From contig JAGXOI010000001.1 in assembly GCA_023659975.1 (NCBI GenBank), positions 1 through 48,268 on the forward strand: a DNA stretch of 48,268 nt, read 5' to 3'. This DNA comes from Candidatus Aenigmarchaeota archaeon LH_S4 (lineage in GTDB: Archaea; Aenigmatarchaeota; Aenigmatarchaeia; QMZS01). The translations under genes were made by a program, and so were the position numbers. A model generated the notes under the pieces. That model saw only the letters and a program-made list of their open reading frames with translations. It searched no databases and had not been told where the DNA came from. Position 1 is the stretch's first letter, and every line of letters begins with the position of its first letter. Shown one piece after another: positions 38,701-47,693 of the stretch.

Positions 38701-39539
38701 TAAAAACTTTTTCTCACTTCTTTTGAAGCAAATTCTTCTCTTTCCAGGGGTCTATGCCTTGCCATATATCTCTTTGCCTTGTCAAGTAGCTCATATTCTT
38801 TTTCTTCTAAACCAAATTCTAGCGGAATAATATGATACAAAGTTCTTATTTCATTTGGTATTTTATAAATCTCAACTTTTGCATCCTGGATTTGATAATT
38901 GTCAATTAGTTCTGCTTTTTCTGGGGGGGTTGCCTGATATTTTGTGTAAGTGAAATTTGGTCTGACAGAGGGAATAAAAAACTGCCTGTAAACTGACCGG
39001 TCTCCAACTTTATATCCGGGCAAAAATCCAAGACTTTTCTTTATTAATGTTGTTTCCTCTAATAACTCTTTTAGGGGAATTAGTGAATTGTTAAGATAAT
39101 GTTCATAACATTCCTTGCAGATTCCTTTTGTCCTCTCACCCAAAACCTTTGTGTGTCTTATTCTTCTTACTAGTAGAACGTACGCACCTACAGGGTCAGT
39201 CTTTAATTTTCCCAGAATTGTATTTTGCAAAAAATCCATTCTTTTAGAAACACACCGGTCACACTTTTCTATAACCAGATTTTTTTTGGAAAACAATTTT
39301 AGATCCCTTGTTATCTTTTCATAAAGTTTGGCAATTTCAAGCAGCATCTGTGTCTGCTCAAAGTTGTATTCATACTCTCTCTCTTTTGATAAAACAATTG
39401 ATTTGGCATCTTTAACAGCAATTAAATAGTTTATAATCTCCGACATACATTCAGGAAAATCCTCTACTGAAGAGCCGTATATACAGTTTAAGCAATCTAC
39501 TTTTAAAACACCATCTTTATAAGTGTATTTTCCAGGCAT
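35757..39539 (-). CDS. Type IV pilus/archaellum-type (GspE/VirB11/FlaI family) secretion ATPase containing an intein
   Basis: Walker A GGTRSSGKTS. The Asp-box RIISVED | TLEL is split by the intein. The C-terminal part has GEVRSKEA and the His-box region. Confidence 0.8.
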   Translation of the reverse strand: MPGKYTYKDGVLKVDCLNCIYGSSVEDFPECMSEIINYLIAVKDAKSIVLSKEREYEYNFEQTQMLLEIAKLYEKITRDLKLFSKKNLVIEKCDRCVSKRMDFLQNTILGKLKTDPVGAYVLLVRRIRHTKVLGERTKGICKECYEHYLNNSLIPLKELLEETTLIKKSLGFLPGYKVGDRSVYRQFFIPSVRPNFTYTKYQATPPEKAELIDNYQIQDAKVEIYKIPNEIRTLYHIIPLEFGLEEKEYELLDKAKRYMARHRPLEREEFASKEVRKSFYNIGLDMLRDLSGSSNIPEEKLKIISNILVRYTAGIGILELLLSDDNVQDVYVNSPPSSAPTYLYHGKYGECQTNITQTKEDAELLATRLRLSSGRPLDEANPVLDTEISVPGGRARVCAIMQTLSPEGLGFALRRHREKPWTFPLFISQKMLNPLAGGLLWFIIDGGRSMLVGGTRSSGKTSLLGALISQIMKNKRIISVEDSVTGDSIILIKRNRKIEKTKIGNLIDELIKNYKPGIENERNIVRATDIKDEIEICSINKEGKIEFKKVSSFIRHKTNKDIYEILTSTGRKIKVTGDHSLFSIGNKRILEEIRVRDLEEGNFIVVPRIFRVNNRRKDSVNLLEHLEKLKNFYLKGKEIQGLIKEQGTEIKKVSRKLGYSEKLCSYWKRKGILPVKVFVKLNKKSFDFKNIKIKPRSGGQPIPTKISLNEDFLTFIGLWIADGCYDKRSVLISVVEEELRRVVRSVAKKLDLRVKMHSDTFTSIISSDILKIVMQDVLNLKGNAYTKEVPEWIYNLSKEQISFVLRGIFSGDGCVSEKEIVIPLTSEKLLYDLQTLLLDYDIILRKSNNRRKDGTFNADISSLKSQKNFREKIGILIEKKRKKLKKLCSKISTNDSADIIPLSIELKKEMARVCKDFNKNDYIKRRNNIGREYLKKLIPKIPDKNKLYTFLKQLAYSDIFWDRVVSVKKVKSEIYVYDFSVPENENFVCENILAHNTLELPLKKFREIGYNITRLKSRSVITMVETELPAEEVLRVSLRLGDSCLIIGEVRSKEALALYEAMRIGAMANVVAGTIHGESAYGLFDRVVNDLGVPPTSFKATDLILINNTLKSADGLHSFRRTVEFTEIRKHWKKDPAEEKGFVNLLEYNAKKDELEPTPTLLAGESEIINSIAKNVKEWRGDWDAVWSNIKLRADILDTIVKTAVETKKPSIMEASNVILSNSMFHTFSEEVRKESGALDSKEIYNRWLNWFKGYIKGVK
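36552..38093 (-). other. 514-aa intein with LAGLIDADG homing endonuclease domain
   Basis: It starts SVTGDSIIL (Ser1), has block B VTGDHS, LAGLIDADG motifs FIGLWIADGCY and LRGIFSGDGCV, and ends ...ENILAHN followed by +1 Thr. Removal restores ISVED-TLEL. Confidence 0.85.
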
Positions 39540-39576
39540 AATATAATTTGATTTAAAATAGAATATTCAAACAAAT

Positions 39577-40692
<1,116 letters not shown>

Positions 40693-40707
40693 TTATTGAT
40701 AATAGTA

Positions 40708-41205
40708 TTAAGCAATCTTAACCTCAAAATTATCCTTTATAAACTGGATTGAGTCCTCAGAAGAAATCTGGTGTTTTTTCCCGATTTTTGTTTTTCCAAA
40801 CCCAGGCCTTCTCAAGGTAACACAAATATCAAGACCAAAAATCTGTATTTTAGGGTCATACTCTGCTCCTGGAATCTCAATATATTCTGGAATTCCAAAA
40901 GAGAATGTTCTTCCTGAGAAACAAGATTTATTTAATTTATTTTCTTTTGCTTTTATAAGTTTTGACAATAGTTTTTTTGCTTCTTCACGCCTAGTTGTAA
41001 CAATTACACCAATATCCCTGCCTTTGGCAACTCTAAAAGTTGTCCTTTTTTCTGTCTTTCTATAAACAGGCTTTCTGCCTGTTATTCTCTCCAAAATTGT
41101 TTTTGCGTTTTCTAAGTTTTCCCCAGGCTCCCCAACACCTATGTTTAAAATGACTTTTTCAATTTTAATTTCCCTCATCTTGTTCTCTTCAGATTTTTCT
41201 ACCAT
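40708..41205 (-). CDS. rpl5: 50S ribosomal protein L5 (uL5)
   Basis: MREIKIEKVILNIGVGE...ITGRKPV...FGIPEYIEIPG. Confidence 0.85.
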   Translation of the reverse strand: MVEKSEENKMREIKIEKVILNIGVGEPGENLENAKTILERITGRKPVYRKTEKRTTFRVAKGRDIGVIVTTRREEAKKLLSKLIKAKENKLNKSCFSGRTFSFGIPEYIEIPGAEYDPKIQIFGLDICVTLRRPGFGKTKIGKKHQISSEDSIQFIKDNFEVKIA

Positions 41206-41239
41206 TAAATTCTCTGTTTAAAATAAATTAAGGATAAAA

Positions 41240-41437
41240 TGCGGGAGGGGAGATTCCCGAAACTTGTTTTCTTTGAAGTGTTGGACTTTCTTTTTTTAAA
41301 AAGAAAAGCCTTATTCGAACTCCCGAACCGACTTACGGACAGAGTCCTAGGCCCTGCGCCTTTTTATGTAAACTTCTTCTTTTTGACCTAAAAGTTTTTC
41401 TTGAAAGAAAAAGCCTTGACCACTTGGCTACCCCCAC
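41240..41437 (-). tRNA. tRNA-Leu(UAG), type II, with two introns: D-arm ~41358-41415 (55 nt, junction ambiguous) and T-loop 41254-41313 (60 nt)
   Basis: GTGGGGG TA GCC AAGTGGTCAA GGC[intron]G CAGGG CCTAGGA CTCTG TCCGTAAGTCGGTTC GGGAG TTCGAA[intron]T CTCCC CTCCCGC A. Confidence 0.75.
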
Positions 41438-41464
41438 ATAATTTAAAATTTTAATTAGAGAATT

Positions 41465-42265
41465 ATGGTAACAGTCTATTCTATAACTGAGGGAAAAAAA
41501 GGAGCAATTAATTTGGGAGAAGTGTTTAGTTTCCCTCTTAGAGAGGATTTAATAAAAAAGGCAGTTCTTACTTCTCAGGCTAACAGAAGGCAGAAATATG
41601 GAGCAAACAAACTTGCTGGATTAAGAACAAGTGCTCACTATCATGGGGCTAGTAATGTTTATCCGCACGCCAAAATGGCTGGGAGAGGGATAGCAAGATT
41701 GCCGAGAATTCATGGTGAAGGACCATTATTATTTATGGCAAGAGAAGCTCCTCAGGTTGTGAAAGGAAGAAAAGCACACCCTCCAACACCAGACAAAAAT
41801 TTTACCAAATCAATGAATAAAAAAGAAAAAAAACTGGCCCTCTATTCTGCGCTTTCTGCTTCGATAAATAAAGAATTAATCTTGAAGAGAGGACACAAAA
41901 TTGAGAAATTAAAGGAAGTCCCTCTTGTTGTTGAAGATAAATTTACAGGATTAAAAAAAACAAAAGATGTAGCTTCTGTTTTAAATTCGTTGGGTTTGGA
42001 ATTAGAGTTAAATAGGGCAAAGGAGAAGAAGATAAGAGCAGGAAAGGGAAAAAAGAGGGGGAGAAAATATAAAAAGAAAAAGTCTGCTCTAATTGTTGTT
42101 TCAGAGAAATGCAATTTACAAAAAGCGGCAAGAAACATTCAAGGGATTGAAACATCTCTTGTTAGAAATTTGGATGTTGAAAAACTTGCTCCAGGAAATT
42201 CTCCTGGAAGATTAACTATTTTCACAAAATCTGCTGTTGAGCTATTAAATAAATTAGAAGTATGA
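41465..42265 (+). CDS. rpl4: 50S ribosomal protein L4 (uL4)
   Basis: ANRRQKYGANKLAGLRTSAHYHG...GRGIARLPRIHG pattern. Confidence 0.85.
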   Translation: MVTVYSITEGKKGAINLGEVFSFPLREDLIKKAVLTSQANRRQKYGANKLAGLRTSAHYHGASNVYPHAKMAGRGIARLPRIHGEGPLLFMAREAPQVVKGRKAHPPTPDKNFTKSMNKKEKKLALYSALSASINKELILKRGHKIEKLKEVPLVVEDKFTGLKKTKDVASVLNSLGLELELNRAKEKKIRAGKGKKRGRKYKKKKSALIVVSEKCNLQKAARNIQGIETSLVRNLDVEKLAPGNSPGRLTIFTKSAVELLNKLEV

Positions 42266-42537
42266 GTGAAGCAAAAAATTTTTGGGGGCTAATTGATTAT
42301 CCAGTTACAACAGAGAAAGCTGTCAGAATTGTTGAAGATGAAAACAAATTAACCTTTCAGTTAAAAAAGTTGAAGACAACCAGAGAAGAAATCAAGAAAA
42401 ATTTTGAGGAAGAATTTAAAGTAAAAGTAGAAAAAGTAAATGTCTTGATAAACAGAAAGGGAAAAAAGAAAATTATAGTTAAATTAAAACCAAAGTTCTC
42501 TGCTGGGGATATTGGAGTTAAATTAGGAATTATTTAG
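42262..42537 (+). CDS. rpl23: 50S ribosomal protein L23 (uL23)
   Basis: 91 aa, YPVTTEKAVRIVEDENKLTFQL..., with a 4-nt overlap with rpl4. Confidence 0.85.
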   Translation: MSEAKNFWGLIDYPVTTEKAVRIVEDENKLTFQLKKLKTTREEIKKNFEEEFKVKVEKVNVLINRKGKKKIIVKLKPKFSAGDIGVKLGII

Positions 42538-42542
42538 AATTT
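42496..42542 (+). repeat. Direct repeat DR1 (3' end of rpl23), identical to 43760-43806
   Basis: The two sites share 47 identical nt: ttctctgctggggatattggagttaaattaggaattatttagaattt. Confidence 0.85.
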
Positions 42543-42547
42543 ATCAA

Positions 42548-43078
42548 TTATTCTTTTCTATCAATTTCATAAATTAATTTTTCAATTCTGTTTACAAATT
42601 TATAAGAATCTCCTTTTATGCTAGTGGCAGCAAAATCAACTGTTTTCTTTGTTGGAGAATATTGGGCAATCTCCCTTTTATCTCTGGCAGTTCTAATCAT
42701 CTCAACATATTTGCTTTCTATTTTAACTTTTTCCAGCAATTCTAAAATTTCTTTTTCTAATAAACCTTTTTTAACAAAGAAAGTTTCTAAAGCATAAATT
42801 GTCGCTGTGTGGTTTTTGCTTTTGTAACCTATTTTAGCTAATGCTGCCAAGGCAGCCAGGTACATAGAATAGTAAGCTGTATTTATAACCCATTCGTTAG
42901 GGGAATAATCCCTAGGGATATTTAATAAATCTTTAACTTCTTTTCTTTTTGTTTCCAACAGAATACTCATTGTGATTAAATTGGTTCTCGCTTTCTTCAA
43001 GAAGTTGGAGACTAAATTTTCTATTCCTGGCATTTTTACTAAAATTCCTTTATGAATATAAAATTCTAATTTTTCCAT
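42548..43078 (-). CDS. HEPN domain protein (toxin of HEPN-MNT pair)
   Basis: AYYSMYLAALAALAKIG...H and RDKREIAQY (the RNxxxY-type HEPN motif). It overlaps the upstream MNT gene. Confidence 0.7.
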   Translation of the reverse strand: MEKLEFYIHKGILVKMPGIENLVSNFLKKARTNLITMSILLETKRKEVKDLLNIPRDYSPNEWVINTAYYSMYLAALAALAKIGYKSKNHTATIYALETFFVKKGLLEKEILELLEKVKIESKYVEMIRTARDKREIAQYSPTKKTVDFAATSIKGDSYKFVNRIEKLIYEIDRKE

Positions 43079-43680
43079 AGTCTATAAAAAGATTCTATAC
43101 CATACAAAATTATTCCAGACTCAATTAAGTCTTTATAAAAAGCAGGATTATCTTTTTTCATATTTTCAAAATCTTTTGATAAAATAACAATGGGAGTTAC
43201 TTTCTTATTATATTTATATTCCAAAGACAATGCTACTTTTTCAATATTATATTTCCTTCTTGCCACACATAGAATGTCAATATCACTACTTTTTCTTTCT
43301 TTACCTTTTGCATAACTTCCAAACAAAACTACTGAAATTAAGTTATCATTATGAATCTTTTTAATAAACTCACTTAGCATATTTTTTAGAAATACGGGTT
43401 TAAGTTCTAAAAATTTTTCTCTCCTTTTAATATGGAAGTGAACGTAAGGTAACAAAATATCTTTGTTTTTATTTACTGAAAACAAATAAGTTTTTCCTGT
43501 TTTTCTTTTTACCAGATAATTTTTATTAACCAAACTCATCAGAATTGTATAAACTCTTTCATGTGAATATTTGGATTTTTCCTCTATCTCTTTGGTTGTA
43601 TAGCTGTCTAAAAAAGGCATAAAACATATTATTATTCTTATTTCTTTTTCACTTAAACCTTTGGTTGATTTTTCAACCAT
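43066..43680 (-). CDS. Minimal nucleotidyltransferase (MNT) with N-terminal wHTH
   Basis: The LFGSYAKGKERKSSDIDIL motif (GSxxxG...SDxD) and an N-terminal winged-helix-like segment. Confidence 0.7.
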   Translation of the reverse strand: MVEKSTKGLSEKEIRIIICFMPFLDSYTTKEIEEKSKYSHERVYTILMSLVNKNYLVKRKTGKTYLFSVNKNKDILLPYVHFHIKRREKFLELKPVFLKNMLSEFIKKIHNDNLISVVLFGSYAKGKERKSSDIDILCVARRKYNIEKVALSLEYKYNKKVTPIVILSKDFENMKKDNPAFYKDLIESGIILYGIESFYRLWKN

Positions 43681-43717
43681 ATTGTTGATTTTTCAGATTA
43701 TTCATAACTATTGTAAA

Positions 43718-43806
43718 TTTAATAACAAGAAAAGAGTAATAATCAAACTCAAACCAGAATTCTCTGCTGGGGATATTGGAGTTAAATTAGGAATTATTTA
43801 GAATTT
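43718..43806 (+). pseudogene. Relic copy of the rpl23 3' end (contains DR2 43760-43806)
   Basis: It translates as FNNKKRVIIKLKPEFSAGDIGVKLGII*, compared with genuine INRKGKKKIIVKLKPKFSAGDIGVKLGII*. The last 47 nt are identical and the upstream part is diverged. Confidence 0.7.
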
Positions 43807-43847
43807 GTATTTTTTGGCTTCTTTTAACAACAAATAAAGGTCTAATT

Positions 43848-44471
43848 ATGCCAAAACTAATATTGGATATAGAAAATGATAAAGTAAAGGAGGAAGTGAA
43901 AAACCTGATTTTAAAAATTGATTATCCTCTAAGATTTGATAATATAAAAATAAGCATGACTTATAAAACAGATTTCCTGGGTGGAAAGGAAGACAAAGAT
44001 TTGGAAATTCTAATAAACCCTGAGAGCAAGTTTCTTGAAAACAGGTTTTTGTTTCATGGTTTTTTTGCAAGATTTGTCTTTCTTTTGATAAATGAAAAAG
44101 AAGGATTGAATGGAGAAATTAAAGAAAAACTGGAATTGTCTAAACTTACTGAATTTGTGCAGAATTTTTTTGCAGATTACAAAGCAGTGAAATATGGTTT
44201 TGAAAAAGATATGCACAAATTTTTCCTTGAAAAAATTTCGAGGAAGATTTATAAACACAAAAAACTTTCAAAAGAAGAATATTTAGAATTTTATTCCTTT
44301 TATCTAATCTTCAAAAAAATCGGAAAAGAGGGGGAGATAAAATCTCTTCTTGGAACAGTAAAAGTTAAAGGATTAACCAGATTATTGAGAGAATTGGAAA
44401 AACTAAATTATCCTTATTTTTTTGGTGATGAGAAATTAAAAAAGGAGTGGATAAAAGTATTTGAGGTATAA
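43848..44471 (+). CDS. Hypothetical protein
   Basis: 207-aa ORF with normal coding composition and no recognisable motifs. Confidence 0.4.
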   Translation: MPKLILDIENDKVKEEVKNLILKIDYPLRFDNIKISMTYKTDFLGGKEDKDLEILINPESKFLENRFLFHGFFARFVFLLINEKEGLNGEIKEKLELSKLTEFVQNFFADYKAVKYGFEKDMHKFFLEKISRKIYKHKKLSKEEYLEFYSFYLIFKKIGKEGEIKSLLGTVKVKGLTRLLRELEKLNYPYFFGDEKLKKEWIKVFEV

Positions 44472-44523
44472 ACAAACCAGTAGATAAATATTGGGCAGAA
44501 GTCATACTTTTGAAAAATAATAA

Positions 44524-44798
44524 TGAGCCTGGGAGGATTTTCAAATTTTGTTTCTTTTTATCTTGAGTGACTTCATTCATTTTTGCATAGCAAAAATGAT
44601 GCACCGTTTTCTGAAAGAAAACGAGTGTTTTGTCACTTTGCTCCAATGCTCGTCTTTCAAACGGCACCCATTTTGCTCTGCAAAATCAGGAACCTCAACT
44701 AAAAAAGAAAAGCCTTACTTGAACCCCCAACACCTGGATCCGAAGTCCAGTGCTCTATCCAATTGCCCAAAACTGCAGTTTTATTGAGCTACAGGCCC
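44524..44798 (-). tRNA. tRNA-Arg(UCG) with two introns: D-loop 44764-44783 (20 nt) and T-loop 44539-44718 (180 nt)
   Basis: GGGCCTG TA GCTC AA[TAAAACTGCAGTTTTGGGCA]ATTGGATA GAGC A CTGGA CTTCGGA TCCAG GTGTT GGGGG TTCAA[180 nt]AT CCTCC CAGGCTC A. Confidence 0.75.
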
Positions 44799-44856
44799 AT
44801 AACTTAAGATTGTTTTCTAAAAAACTTAACCCAAAAACATATTTTAACTTAGAATT

Positions 44857-45375
44857 ATGAACATAACTCTAATTGGCATGGCTGGAGTTGGAAAAAGTAC
44901 CCTGGGAAAAAAGTTGGCAAGAAAATTGAATTATAAATTTATAGATACAGATAAGGTAATTGAAAAAAAGGTTAATTTAAAACCTCAACAAATAATAGAC
45001 AATTTCGGTGATAATGAACTTTTAAAAATAGAGGAAAAATGTGTTTTAGAGTTAGGTAAACTTGATAATTATATAATTTCTTCTGGAGGGAGTGTAATCT
45101 ATTCTTCGGAAGCTATGAAATTTATTAAAAATAATTCTACTGTTATTTTTTTGAATGATTCATTTAAAAACATACAAAGCCGGCTTACAAATCAAAAAAC
45201 AAGAGGAATTATTGGCCTAAAAAATAATAATTTAATCCAGCTTTTTAATAATAGAGTAGTTCTCTACAAAAAATATGCAGATATAATTATTGATATTACA
45301 AACAAATTTGATGTTAAAGAGGTAATTGAGAAGATTATTAAAGGAGCTAAAAATAATAGTTATGCACTGGGCTGA
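44857..45375 (+). CDS. aroK: Shikimate kinase, AroK/AroL (P-loop) type
   Basis: MNITLIGMAGVGKSTLGKKLARKLNYKFIDTD and SSGGSVI are typical of bacterial-type shikimate kinase. Confidence 0.6.
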   Translation: MNITLIGMAGVGKSTLGKKLARKLNYKFIDTDKVIEKKVNLKPQQIIDNFGDNELLKIEEKCVLELGKLDNYIISSGGSVIYSSEAMKFIKNNSTVIFLNDSFKNIQSRLTNQKTRGIIGLKNNNLIQLFNNRVVLYKKYADIIIDITNKFDVKEVIEKIIKGAKNNSYALG

Positions 45376-46882
45376 TATTTTTTCGAAACAGGTTGTTGAA
45401 AAAAGACCTAAGGAAGAGTATGTTGTCGAAAGTGGGATCACTCCTTCAGGTGTTGTTCATATTGGAAATGTCAGGGAAATTTTAACACAGTATTTTGTTT
45501 ATCAGGGAATTTTAAAGTTGGGAAAGAAAGCTAAGTTTATTTATATCTGGGATGATTTTGACAGGTTCAGAAAAGTTCCTAAGGGGATTTCAGAGAAGTT
45601 TAAGGATTATATTGGAATGCCCCTGTCTTCGCTTCCTGACCCATGGAACTGTCACAAAAGTTATGCAGAACATTTTGAGTCAAAACTGGAAGAAGAAATA
45701 AAAAAGATAGGAATTGAAGTGGAATATATTTCAGCAACAGAGTTATATAAAAACGGAACTTTTGTTGAAAACATAAAAACCTCTCTTGAAAAAACAGAAA
45801 AAATCAAGGAAATTTTAAATAAATTCAGAAAAGAGCCTTTGCCTAAAGATTGGTTGCCTATAAATTTGTATTGTGAAAAATGTGGTAAGGATAGTACAAA
45901 AATAAAATATTTAGGTGATTATAAGTTATCTTACAAATGTAAATGCGGATTTGAGAATGAAATTGATTTTAGAAAAACAACAGATGCAGTTAATCTTAAA
46001 TGGAGGGTTGACTGGCCTTCCAGGTGGAAGTTTTTTGGAGTTGATTTTGAGAGTTCAGGAAAGGAGCATAAATCCGCTGGTGGGAGTTGGGATACTGCAA
46101 TTTTAATATCAAAAGAAGTTTTTGGTTATGAGCCTCCTCTAGGACCGATGTATGAATTTATTCATTTAAAGGGACAAAAAGAAAAAATGTCTTCATCAAA
46201 AGGAAATATTGTAACAATCTCACAATTATTAAAAATTTTTAAGCCATCGATTATTAGATTTCTATATACACAGAGACTGAATAAAACTATTTTCATTCCC
46301 TTTGATTTTGATATATATAAGGTATACAATGATTTTGATAGATGTGAGAAAATTTATTTTGGTAAGGAAGAGGGAGATGAAGAACTTAAAAGGAAATATG
46401 AGTTAAGTAAACTAGAAGATTATAAAACCTGTCCGAAAAGAATTTCTTTTTCTGAACTAACTTTTCTTGTGCAGTTTATATCCAAAGAAAAACTTAGAGA
46501 ATATTTAAAAAACTTGCTATTATCCAGAGGAGTTAAAGTAGATAAATTGGATTTAGACTTGGCCTTAGAGAGAGCGGATAGGGTAAAATACTGGATAGAA
46601 AATTATGCACCTGAAGAAATAAAAATAAAATTAAGCACAGAGAAAATTTATTTGACAGAGGAACAAAAAGAAATTATAAACAAACTCTCAGAAATTGTAA
46701 AAAAAGAAAGTTCAACAGAAGAATTGCAAAAACAGATTTTTGAATTAGCAAAAAATTATGGAAAAGGAGTTTTTGAAATTTCTTATCGGGTTTTAATTGG
46801 AAAAAATCATGGACCAAGATTAGCAATCTTAATTGATGCAATTGGAAGAGATAAAGTTTTGGAGAGATTTAGAAATTTATAA
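45362..46882 (+). CDS. lysK: Lysyl-tRNA synthetase, class I
   Basis: GITPSGVVHIGNVRE (HIGH-like) and KMSSSKG (KMSKS), with the Zn-binding CEKCGK...CKCG. The start is set at MHWADIF (45362). Confidence 0.85.
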   Translation: MHWADIFSKQVVEKRPKEEYVVESGITPSGVVHIGNVREILTQYFVYQGILKLGKKAKFIYIWDDFDRFRKVPKGISEKFKDYIGMPLSSLPDPWNCHKSYAEHFESKLEEEIKKIGIEVEYISATELYKNGTFVENIKTSLEKTEKIKEILNKFRKEPLPKDWLPINLYCEKCGKDSTKIKYLGDYKLSYKCKCGFENEIDFRKTTDAVNLKWRVDWPSRWKFFGVDFESSGKEHKSAGGSWDTAILISKEVFGYEPPLGPMYEFIHLKGQKEKMSSSKGNIVTISQLLKIFKPSIIRFLYTQRLNKTIFIPFDFDIYKVYNDFDRCEKIYFGKEEGDEELKRKYELSKLEDYKTCPKRISFSELTFLVQFISKEKLREYLKNLLLSRGVKVDKLDLDLALERADRVKYWIENYAPEEIKIKLSTEKIYLTEEQKEIINKLSEIVKKESSTEELQKQIFELAKNYGKGVFEISYRVLIGKNHGPRLAILIDAIGRDKVLERFRNL

Positions 46883-46932
46883 TAAAATAATCGTCACTAA
46901 AACAATTTAATAGGTTTATTTTGGAATTTTAG

Positions 46933-47084
46933 GGCCGGAAGTGGGACTCGATTATACTAACCTTTTTATTATATAAAAAGATTTACCCACCCTAAGGGAT
47001 TTCCATGAACATGACTAAATAGGCTCTCCACAGTCCCCTATGCTAACCTTATAGAGCCAGAAGCTTAACTACACTATCCCGGCC
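46933..47084 (-). tRNA. tRNA-His(GUG) with three introns: D-loop 47049-47067, anticodon 47001-47027, T-loop 46952-46984
   Basis: G(-1) GCCGGGA TA GTGT AGT[19]GGTTA GCAT A GGGGA CTGTGG[27]A TCCCT TAGG GTGGG T[33]TCGAGT CCCAC TTCCGGC C. The encoded G-1:C73 pair is the hallmark of tRNA-His. Confidence 0.8.
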
Positions 47085-47162
47085 ATAAAAATACTTAAAT
47101 TATTTTACTCTTTATTTTTGTAGTTTAGTTTTATCCAATCCACCACCCACACAAATCCCCTT

Positions 47163-47693
47163 TCATAATCTATCCAAAATAAACTTACCCTTTTCTTCTA
47201 TTGTCCTCATAACAGGAACTCTAACTAATTTATACCCTAAATTTGTATAAGTTTCAAATATCAGTTTGCTTATTATTTCTGCGGTTTTTTTATCTTCTAT
47301 TCTTGCATAATCTCCCTTAAATTGATATTGCTCCATGAAAAATACCTTTTTGTATTTTCTCTTTTTGGATCCTTTGATAACTTTATCCACATTCAGATTT
47401 TCTTTCTTTAAATATGCAATAGAATCAGGAATACCCCTGTCAAAAAATATTATTTGTTTTGGGTCTAATTTATTTTCAAGCTTAATTTTCATTTTAAGCA
47501 ATTTTTTCTGAAAGTTTAATTCATCTTTTCTGATTTCTTCAATTTTTCTGCCTTTTGCGATTTCTAGATCTACTAAGACTCTCGCAAGTTCAGGAAAAGT
47601 AAAGTAGCCCAGACTACTTAAATATTCCAGAGTCTTGGACTTTCCTGAGCAGGGACCTCCTGTCAAAACATACCAGTTGGTTTTTATTACCAT
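47163..47693 (-). CDS. P-loop NTPase/kinase (AAA_28 / NadR-kinase-like)
   Basis: The Walker A motif LTGGPCSGKSKT near the N-terminus, and the ~175 aa size. Confidence 0.5.
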   Translation of the reverse strand: MVIKTNWYVLTGGPCSGKSKTLEYLSSLGYFTFPELARVLVDLEIAKGRKIEEIRKDELNFQKKLLKMKIKLENKLDPKQIIFFDRGIPDSIAYLKKENLNVDKVIKGSKKRKYKKVFFMEQYQFKGDYARIEDKKTAEIISKLIFETYTNLGYKLVRVPVMRTIEEKGKFILDRL

